NCBI RefSeq assembly: GCF_001735745.1
Contig: NZ_CP017260.1
Coordinates: forward strand, 2,430,001-2,462,000
Source: Formosa sp. Hel1_33_131
Lineage (GTDB): Bacteria > Bacteroidota > Bacteroidia > Flavobacteriales > Flavobacteriaceae
Reading direction: 5' to 3'
Length of the DNA: 32,000 nucleotides
Numbering within the stretch: the stretch's first letter is position 1; each line of letters begins with the position of its first letter. Positions 25,501-32,000 of the stretch are shown here, piece after piece. The position numbers were made by a program, and so were the translations under genes. The notes beneath the pieces are model-generated. The model searched no databases. It was not told the origin of the DNA and worked only from the letters and a program-made list of their open reading frames with translations.

Positions 25501-27233
25501 CAGATCAATTTCATGTCTTTAATTATAGCATCAATTTTAGCATCCAGTGCATTTTCTGTTTGTGAAAACGCTTCTGAGCTGGATAAGCGAGTATTGACGC
25601 TAATATAAAACTTTATTTTAGGTTCTGTACCACTTGGGCGTAGCGCTACTTTACTGCCATCTTCTGTAGTGTAAATTAACACATCGGCTTTGGGTATTGA
25701 AATGGGTTCCGTACTGTTTAAAGCTAAGTTTTTACAGATAGAGAGTTTAAAGTCTTCTACAGTCACCACTTTTGAACCGTTGATAGAAGTTACCGGATTG
25801 TTTCGAGCAGATTCCATGATGTTGTTTATTTCTTGGCTGCCTTCAATTCCTTTTTTGGTGATAGAAATTAAGCGTTCTTTATAAAAGCCATGCTCTACAT
25901 AAGTATTGATCAATTGATTAAAAAACGAACTGTCATTTGCTTTGGTATGGGCTGCAATTTCACAAGCCAGTAGGGTAGAAGTAACTGCATCTTTATCGCG
26001 GACAAAATCGCCCACCATAAAACCGAAGCTTTCTTCGCCACCACCAATGAAATCCATTTCAGGAAAATCTTTTATCATTTTGGCAATCCACTTAAATCCT
26101 GTAAGTCCAATTTTGCACTCAACGCCGTAAGCTTCCACAAGTTTAGGGAGCATTGGAGAAGACACAATAGTAGATCCTACAAATTGATTTCCGTTAATAG
26201 CTCCGTTATTTTTCCATAAATCTAACAAAAACTTGGTCATCATAACCATGGTTTGATTCCCGTTGAGCATCACCATTTTATTGTCAAAATTACGCACTGC
26301 AATTCCGAGACGGTCACAATCAGGATCAGTTCCAATTACGATATCAGCATTGACTTCTTCCGCCAATTCTAAGGCCATTTTCAGAGCTTCTGGTTCTTCA
26401 GGGTTTGGCGACTTCACTGTTGGGAAATCTCCGTCTGGTACGGATTGTGATTCAACAAGATGTACATTCGTATAACCTGCTCGTTTCAAGGTTTCTGGAA
26501 CGGCTGTAATGGAAGTTCCGTGTAAGGCCGTAAAAACGACGGATACATTTTCTCTTGATGCTGGAGTATTCACTTCTAAGCTACCGTTTTTAACGGCTGC
26601 ATTTATAAAAACGTCATCCACATCTTTTCCGATTAAATGAATCAACTCTTCTTTTGCAGAAAAATTAATATCTGTGTATTTTAAAGAATTGATAAGGTTG
26701 ATGATTTCGCCATCAAACGGAGGTACCAGTTGCCCGCCATCTTCCCAATACACTTTATAACCATTGTATTCTGGAGGATTGTGAGAAGCCGTTAAAACGA
26801 TTCCACATTGACATCCTAAATATTTAAGAGCAAAAGATAATTCTGGTGTGGCACGAAGGTCTTCAAACAAAAACACTTCGATATTATTCGCAGAAAACAC
26901 ATCGGCTACAATTTTAGCAAAGGACTGACTGTTGTGCCTACAATCAAACGCAATCACCACTTTTATGGGTTGATTGGGATAGGTTTGATGTAAATAATCA
27001 CTGAGTCCTTGGGTGTTTTTTCCGAGGGTATATTTATTAATTCGGTTGGTGCCAACGCCCATCACGCCGCGCATACCACCGGTTCCAAATTCTAGATTTT
27101 TATAGAAACTATCGTTGAGTTCTTCTGGGTTACTCGTTTGAAGTTGCTGAATTGTTTTCTTTGTAGCATCATCAAAAAAAGGGGATAACCAAGTGGCTAA
27201 ATTTTCTTGAACTTGTAAATCTGTTTTAGACAT
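25500..27233 (-). CDS. phosphoglucomutase/phosphomannomutase-family phospho-sugar mutase
   Basis: Active-site loop [13 protein letters not shown] and metal-binding [10 protein letters not shown]. Confidence 0.92.
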   Translation of the reverse strand: MSKTDLQVQENLATWLSPFFDDATKKTIQQLQTSNPEELNDSFYKNLEFGTGGMRGVMGVGTNRINKYTLGKNTQGLSDYLHQTYPNQPIKVVIAFDCRHNSQSFAKIVADVFSANNIEVFLFEDLRATPELSFALKYLGCQCGIVLTASHNPPEYNGYKVYWEDGGQLVPPFDGEIINLINSLKYTDINFSAKEELIHLIGKDVDDVFINAAVKNGSLEVNTPASRENVSVVFTALHGTSITAVPETLKRAGYTNVHLVESQSVPDGDFPTVKSPNPEEPEALKMALELAEEVNADIVIGTDPDCDRLGIAVRNFDNKMVMLNGNQTMVMMTKFLLDLWKNNGAINGNQFVGSTIVSSPMLPKLVEAYGVECKIGLTGFKWIAKMIKDFPEMDFIGGGEESFGFMVGDFVRDKDAVTSTLLACEIAAHTKANDSSFFNQLINTYVEHGFYKERLISITKKGIEGSQEINNIMESARNNPVTSINGSKVVTVEDFKLSICKNLALNSTEPISIPKADVLIYTTEDGSKVALRPSGTEPKIKFYISVNTRLSSSEAFSQTENALDAKIDAIIKDMKLI

Positions 27234-27250
27234 GTAAAAAAATATTTTTG

Positions 27251-27258
27251 CAAATGTA
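27251..27258 (-). promoter_or_regulatory. candidate -7 box TACATTTG for the phospho-sugar mutase / ABC exporter pair
   Basis: The minus strand reads TACATTTG (TAnnTTTG consensus), 17 nt upstream of the ATG at 27233. Confidence 0.3.
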
Positions 27259-27307
27259 AATATTTGCGAACATTTATGAATTGTTTTAAGCGCTTTTTAA
27301 GGATATT

Positions 27308-28255
27308 TTAAGCATCTGTAGCTTCAGATACAAGATAACGTTCTTTGTTTTGTCGGGATTGGAGGACTATTTCGCCTAAAAATCCTGCTACAAAAAACTG
27401 TGTTCCAATCACCATGGTTGTCAAGGCGATGAAAAACTCGGGTCTGTTGGCAATCAAGCGTCCAGAAGGATTTAAGAATAATTTATCAATTCCTAGATAG
27501 GTTGCAAATCCCAATCCAATGATAAACATGATGACTCCTAAGAGTCCAAAAAAGTGCATAGGGCGTCTTCCAAACTTGGAAATAAACCAGATGGTAATCA
27601 AATCTAAAAATCCATTTATAAATCGTTCCATACCAAATTTTGTTTTTCCGTATTTTCTTGCTTGATGAATGACTACTTTTTCTACGATGTTGGTAAACCC
27701 TGCATTGACCGCCAATACGGGGATATAGCGGTGCATTTCTCCATAGACATCAATAGTTTTTACAACGTCCTTACGGTAGGCTTTTAGGCCACAGTTAAAG
27801 TCGTGAAGGGACAATCCAGATATTTTTCTGGCCGCCCAATTAAATAATTTTGAAGGCAGATTTTTAGCGAAAAAAGAATCGTAGCGTTTCTTTTTCCAAC
27901 CACAAACGATGTCGTGATCGTGGTCTTTTATAAGTTGAAAGAGTTCTGGGATTTCATCTGGACTGTCTTGTAAATCCGCATCCATAGTGATGACAACTTC
28001 CCCTTTGGCTTTTGCAAACCCGGCGTGCAAGGCTTGAGATTTTCCGAAGTTTTTAGAAAATTTAAGTCCTAAAACTGCTGTGTTTTTGCTGCGTAGTTTT
28101 TGGATCACCTCCCAAGAATTGTCGGAACTACCATCGTCTATAAAAAGAATTTCATAAGAAAAATGATTGGATTGCATCACAGACACAATCCAATCATGGA
28201 GTTCTTCTAAAGAATCTTGTTCGTTAAGTAGTGGTATAACTACTGATATATTCAT
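27308..28255 (-). CDS. family-2 glycosyltransferase (polyprenyl-phosphate sugar transferase-like) with C-terminal TM segments
   Basis: N-terminal ISVVIPLLNE...FIDDGSSD...MDADLQD (DXD). Two C-terminal hydrophobic helices, as in GtrB/ArnC-like enzymes. Confidence 0.88.
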   Translation of the reverse strand: MNISVVIPLLNEQDSLEELHDWIVSVMQSNHFSYEILFIDDGSSDNSWEVIQKLRSKNTAVLGLKFSKNFGKSQALHAGFAKAKGEVVITMDADLQDSPDEIPELFQLIKDHDHDIVCGWKKKRYDSFFAKNLPSKLFNWAARKISGLSLHDFNCGLKAYRKDVVKTIDVYGEMHRYIPVLAVNAGFTNIVEKVVIHQARKYGKTKFGMERFINGFLDLITIWFISKFGRRPMHFFGLLGVIMFIIGLGFATYLGIDKLFLNPSGRLIANRPEFFIALTTMVIGTQFFVAGFLGEIVLQSRQNKERYLVSEATDA

Positions 28256-28288
28256 TCTAATTACTTTTGAAAGTCAAAAGTAAAGAAT

Positions 28289-28819
28289 TTAAGCCTCTTT
28301 ATTGTCAGTTTTCTTAACGATTAATGCGACGATCAGTCCAATTAATGAATAAAATGCCAGTCCAAAAACAAAATTCTTGAATTGCATACCTAATGAAAAG
28401 TTGTCATTTTTAGCAGCTTCTTCTAAGGCAACTTGCATTGCTTCTTGAGGCATTCCAAAACGTTCCATGGTCTGCTTGGTGACAACTAATATTTGCTCAT
28501 TTATATAGGTGGCTGCTTCCGGATCGATAAACGTAAAAATAACAATTCCTAAGACTGTAGAAATAATTGATCCGATTAAGACGGTAATAAAATAAGAAGT
28601 AAAAGCGTCTTTAAAACTAATAAAACCATTTAATAATGTTCTAGATTTTATAGCTGAAATAACGCCGAAAGCGACGACGACTACAAATAAAATAATTCCA
28701 AGCCACCATTCAGTAAATAGATCAAGGTTGACAGCGTAAAGTAAGACGGTAATTAGTGATAAAATTCCTCCTAAGTAAAGACCATTGTTAGTAGCAGATG
28801 ATTTTGTTGTTGTTTCCAT
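28289..28819 (-). CDS. DUF4199-like membrane protein
   Basis: 176 aa with four hydrophobic segments. Its size, topology and position next to a GT2 gene match what I recall for the Bacteroidota DUF4199 family. No search was done. Confidence 0.6.
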   Translation of the reverse strand: METTTKSSATNNGLYLGGILSLITVLLYAVNLDLFTEWWLGIILFVVVVAFGVISAIKSRTLLNGFISFKDAFTSYFITVLIGSIISTVLGIVIFTFIDPEAATYINEQILVVTKQTMERFGMPQEAMQVALEEAAKNDNFSLGMQFKNFVFGLAFYSLIGLIVALIVKKTDNKEA

Positions 28820-28912
28820 AATTTTTGTTGATTTTTGTTAAGTTATATTAATAAGACTCAGGCTTCAAAGATAAGTTACATTTTTAATTAAAAAAATAAA
28901 ATTAATAAACTG

Positions 28913-28942
28913 TTGTAGTTTTGTAAAAAATATATAAATTTG
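28913..28942 (+). promoter_or_regulatory. candidate Bacteroidota promoter for L31: -33 TTG and -7 TAAATTTG
   Basis: TTG at 28913-28915, a 19-nt spacer, then TAAATTTG at 28935-28942. It ends 33 nt upstream of the ATG at 28976. Confidence 0.45.
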
Positions 28943-28975
28943 CAACTCGAAAAATCGAATTTAATAGTTTACGCG

Positions 28976-29227
28976 ATGAAAAAAGATATACACCCAGATA
29001 ATTACAGAGTAGTAGCATTTAAAGATATGTCAAATGAAGATGTATTTTTAACAAAGTCAACTGCAGACACAAGTGAAACTTTAGAAGTGGACGGTGTAGA
29101 ATACCCATTAATAAAAATGGAAATCTCTAGAACATCTCACCCGTTTTACACTGGTAAATCTAAATTAATTGATACTGCAGGACGTATTGATAAGTTCAAA
29201 ACTAAATACGCAAAATTCAAGAAATAA
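28976..29227 (+). CDS. rpmE: 50S ribosomal protein L31, type B (no cysteines)
   Basis: [13 protein letters not shown]...[11 protein letters not shown] is the canonical L31 sequence and contains no Cys at all, so it is the zinc-independent type. I prefer the ATG at 28976 over the track's TTG at 28940, which overlaps the -7 box. Confidence 0.92.
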   Translation: MKKDIHPDNYRVVAFKDMSNEDVFLTKSTADTSETLEVDGVEYPLIKMEISRTSHPFYTGKSKLIDTAGRIDKFKTKYAKFKK

Positions 29228-29251
29228 TTACATTTCTTTTAATTATACTAT

Positions 29252-29290
29252 AAAAGCCTTTCAACAATTGAAAGGCTTTTCTTATTTTTA
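29252..29290 (+). terminator. rho-independent terminator of the L31 gene
   Basis: 13-bp stem AAAAGCCTTTCAA/TTGAAAGGCTTTT with a 3-nt loop, followed by a T-rich tail. Confidence 0.85.
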
Positions 29291-29304
29291 CACAAAGCTT
29301 TCGT

Positions 29305-30477
29305 ATGAATTATATACTTTTTGACGGTGAAAATAGAGAGGCCTTATTGCCATTTACCTATACACGTCCTGTAGCCGATATCCGTATTGGGATTTTGACG
29401 ATTCGTGAAAAATGGGAATTATTTTTAGGAGCCACCACCACCACAGTGACGGAGGATTATCTTTCTGATAAATATCCAATGGTTGAAATGGAGCAGAACA
29501 TAATGATCAATGCGTCCTACACACCCAACGAAGCTTTAGTCCATCAAATTAAAAATTTAAAAGAAAATCAAGCTGTTTATGATGGCGACACGATGGTCGC
29601 TTTTTTCAGTTTGGAAGATCAAGAAATAGATATTGATTCCCTAGAGGTATTTCAATCTAAAGGAGAGCTTTTAAAAATTGAAACGACTTGGGATATTTTC
29701 TCCAAAAATGGGGCTGCAATACAAGCGGATTATAAGCTGTTAACAGCCGACAGAACATCCGAACCAATTCCTGAAAAAACGGTGGCTTTTAAACCAGAGG
29801 CTATTTTTATTGAAGAAGGAGCCAAGCTACCCCTTTGTGTGCTCAATGCGACAGATGGCCCTATCTATATCGGTAAAAACACCGAAATTATGGAAGGCAG
29901 TATGGTAAGAGGGCCTTTTGCACTTTGTGAAGGATCGACTCTTAAAATGGGAACTAAAATTTATGGACCCACCACTGTTGGACCCTATTCTAAAGTAGGC
30001 GGTGAGATTAATAATTCGGTGTTCTTTGGTTACTCTAATAAAGGACATGATGGGTTTTTAGGAAATTCTGTTATTGGAGAATGGTGTAATTTAGGAGCGG
30101 ATACTAATAATTCCAATCTAAAAAACAACTATGCTGAGGTACGCTTGTGGAGTTACGAGACTGAAAATTTCGCCAAAACAGGACTTCAGTTTTGTGGTTT
30201 GATGATGGGCGACCATAGTAAATGTGGGATTAATACCATGTTTAATACCGGAACTGTTGTGGGTGTGAGTGCTAATATTTTTGGAAGTGGTTTTCCTCGA
30301 AACTTCATTCCAAGTTTCAGTTGGGGCGGGGCTAAAGGTTTTGCAACCTATCTAACGTCCAAAGCTTTTGAAGTCGCTACAGAGGTGATGAAACGCCGTG
30401 GATTGGAATTCTCGGCACAAGAATCCGCTATTTTAGAACACGTGTTTGAACTGTCTGCAACCTATAGAACCGATTAG
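29305..30477 (+). CDS. GlmU-like putative sugar-phosphate nucleotidyltransferase/acyltransferase (left-handed beta-helix)
   Basis: The C-terminal half is rich in hexapeptide repeats (IYIGKNTEIMEGSMVRGP..., IYGPTTVGPYSKVGGEI, GNSVIGEWCNLGADT). The N-terminus is nucleotidyltransferase-like. Confidence 0.7.
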   Translation: MNYILFDGENREALLPFTYTRPVADIRIGILTIREKWELFLGATTTTVTEDYLSDKYPMVEMEQNIMINASYTPNEALVHQIKNLKENQAVYDGDTMVAFFSLEDQEIDIDSLEVFQSKGELLKIETTWDIFSKNGAAIQADYKLLTADRTSEPIPEKTVAFKPEAIFIEEGAKLPLCVLNATDGPIYIGKNTEIMEGSMVRGPFALCEGSTLKMGTKIYGPTTVGPYSKVGGEINNSVFFGYSNKGHDGFLGNSVIGEWCNLGADTNNSNLKNNYAEVRLWSYETENFAKTGLQFCGLMMGDHSKCGINTMFNTGTVVGVSANIFGSGFPRNFIPSFSWGGAKGFATYLTSKAFEVATEVMKRRGLEFSAQESAILEHVFELSATYRTD

Positions 30478-32000
30478 TTTTTCTGAACGTTTTTTAGTTC
30501 TAATAAATTGGTGGGATTAATTCCTAGCCCTCTCACATCGATAGATGTAAACCGAATGACTTCATCATAAAACAATACGACTACCGGCGCTTTTTTGATC
30601 ACTAATGCATCCATTTTTTGATACAGATGGAGGCGCTTCTCCTGATCTATTTCTAGCAGTGCTTCCTCATACCATCTGTCAAACTGTGCATCTTTAAAGT
30701 GGGTGTAATTAGGGCCGTTGGGCGCGAAATTACCACTGTAAAATAAAGATAAATAATTCTGAGCATCTGGATAATCGGCGACCCAACTCGCTCTAAATAA
30801 ATCTATTTTCCCGTTTGATTTAGCAGATTTCAAAGACGATGGCGGCATCACATCAATACGAATGGTTAAACCAATGGATTGTAATTCTCGTTGAATAAAT
30901 TCACTAAAACTTAAATAATTAGAAATGGTGGTCAACGTAATTTCAGGTTGCGGATTGCCAGATTCATTTCGATAAGTTTCTAGTAGCTGCTTTGCTTTTT
31001 CGGGTTGATAGTCATAGCCTACATTTTCATTATGCCCTGGAAGTCCTTTTGGAATAAATCCGCCCATTCCAGGGATCCCAATGCCGTTTCTAAGGTACCT
31101 CATCATTTTGGTGCGATCAAATCCGTAATTCACAGCTTGTCGAATCAATTCACTTTGATATTCAGAAACTTCGGAATCCATATAAAACCCAAAATATTCT
31201 GTATTTAAATAGGGTGCTCTGAGCATTTTCACGCTTGATGCGTAGCTCGGTTTTAAGACGCCATCGGCACGAAGAATGTCATCTTTATAAGAAGCATCTA
31301 AGCCTGTTATGTAGTCAATATTTCCTTGAATAAATTGTAGAAATTCACTTTGCTTGTCTGCTAAAAACGTAATAGATACCGCTTCTAAATACGGCAATTT
31401 TTCACCTGCTTGATTGGTTTCAAAATAGCGGTTGTTTTTCCTGAAAATTAATTTAATATTTTCTTCCCATCGTTTAAATTTATAAGGACCGGTTCCAATG
31501 GGATTCGACCTGAAATCCGCCCCGTAATGCTCCACAACCTCTTTGGGCACAACACTGCAATACTTCATCGTTATGAGTCCTAAAAACGCAGGGAACGGTG
31601 ATTTTAAAGTGATCTGAAAACGGTGGGTGTTCAATGCTGTATAAGACTCCACATTTTGAAGCACCCAACCTCCAGGCGAAGCCAATTTAGGGTCTCTCAA
31701 GCGATCAAAGCTATAGACAAAATCGTTGGCAGTTACTGTGCGTGTTTTGTCAGTTCCAAACAAGCTATGTGTATGAAAATAGACATCTTCTCTAAGATTG
31801 AAAGTATATACTTTTGCATTTTCTGAAATCTCCCACGAACTCGCGATGGCTGGCACCACATCCATTAAAGAATCCATTTGAACTAAGCCGTTAAACAATT
31901 GATTGATCGCAGAAATATCGGCGTTGTCTTTTGCAAACGCAGGGTCTAAAGAGCCAATGTTTTTATGTTCATTGTATCTAAAAACCTGTTTGGTTTTAGC
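30474..32000 (-). CDS. ABC transporter substrate-binding protein, family 5 (peptide/nickel type), partial (N-terminus beyond the right edge)
   Basis: The frame stays open from 31898 to 32000 (...YNEHKNIGSLDPAFAKDNADISAINQLFNGLVQMD), so the TTG at 31898 is an internal Leu codon. The rest is typical SBP_bac_5 sequence. Confidence 0.85.
   Translation of the reverse strand, partial: AKTKQVFRYNEHKNIGSLDPAFAKDNADISAINQLFNGLVQMDSLMDVVPAIASSWEISENAKVYTFNLREDVYFHTHSLFGTDKTRTVTANDFVYSFDRLRDPKLASPGGWVLQNVESYTALNTHRFQITLKSPFPAFLGLITMKYCSVVPKEVVEHYGADFRSNPIGTGPYKFKRWEENIKLIFRKNNRYFETNQAGEKLPYLEAVSITFLADKQSEFLQFIQGNIDYITGLDASYKDDILRADGVLKPSYASSVKMLRAPYLNTEYFGFYMDSEVSEYQSELIRQAVNYGFDRTKMMRYLRNGIGIPGMGGFIPKGLPGHNENVGYDYQPEKAKQLLETYRNESGNPQPEITLTTISNYLSFSEFIQRELQSIGLTIRIDVMPPSSLKSAKSNGKIDLFRASWVADYPDAQNYLSLFYSGNFAPNGPNYTHFKDAQFDRWYEEALLEIDQEKRLHLYQKMDALVIKKAPVVVLFYDEVIRFTSIDVRGLGINPTNLLELKNVQKN

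Noticed and set aside
28940-28975. TTG start at 28940 for L31
   Set aside because: It would add 12 non-conserved residues and it overlaps the -7 promoter box. The canonical L31 N-terminus MKKDIHP starts at the ATG at 28976.
30474-30477. Overlap of convergent stop codons (GlmU-like TAG at 30475-30477 and solute-binding protein TAA at 30474-30476)
   Set aside because: It is real, but 3-prime overlaps of a few nucleotides between convergent genes are common in compact genomes, and nothing further is encoded there.
31896-31898. TTG at 31898 as the start of the substrate-binding protein
   Set aside because: The frame remains open to the window edge with family-typical sequence, and the protein would lack its signal peptide. 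This is an internal Leu codon.

Overview
Chromosomal segment that looks like a Flavobacteriia-type member of Bacteroidota. Support for this: AT-rich DNA, TAnnTTTG-type -7 promoter boxes, DUF4199-like and four-helix-bundle genes, and a cysteine-free L31. About 90% is coding, and 20 of the 23 CDS called are on the minus strand. Left to right: a partial hypothetical ORF, lipoprotein Cu/Zn superoxide dismutase, a 1069-aa secreted BNR/Asp-box protein and an M1 metallopeptidase. Next is a fatty-acid beta-oxidation operon, which in transcription order is MarR regulator, fused 3-hydroxyacyl-CoA dehydrogenase/enoyl-CoA hydratase, thiolase and acyl-CoA dehydrogenase. Then come long-chain acyl-CoA synthetase, purL, an RsmB/NOP-type RNA methyltransferase, a small BNR lipoprotein, an MsbA-like ABC exporter, phosphoglucomutase, a GT2 glycosyltransferase, a DUF4199-like membrane protein, L31 type B, a GlmU-like hexapeptide protein and a partial family-5 solute-binding protein. 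Two things are not ordinary. (1) A roughly 2-kb, markedly AT-richer insertion (about 13570-15570) separates the acyl-CoA synthetase gene from the MarR/beta-oxidation operon. It carries two orphan ORFs (a 280-aa soluble protein and a 142-aa multi-pass membrane protein), three identical copies of a 21-bp GC-rich hairpin repeat, and a 43-bp near-perfect palindrome directly upstream of the 280-aa ORF. (2) Two paralogous four-helix-bundle (23S rRNA intervening-sequence protein family) genes sit as very AT-rich mini-cassettes in two consecutive intergenic gaps of the operon, each bracketed by its own low-complexity flanking repeats. I also see a duplicated perfect palindrome that is a likely MarR operator, with a related site upstream of the acyl-CoA synthetase gene. 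All functional calls come from reading motifs in the supplied translations. No database search was possible.
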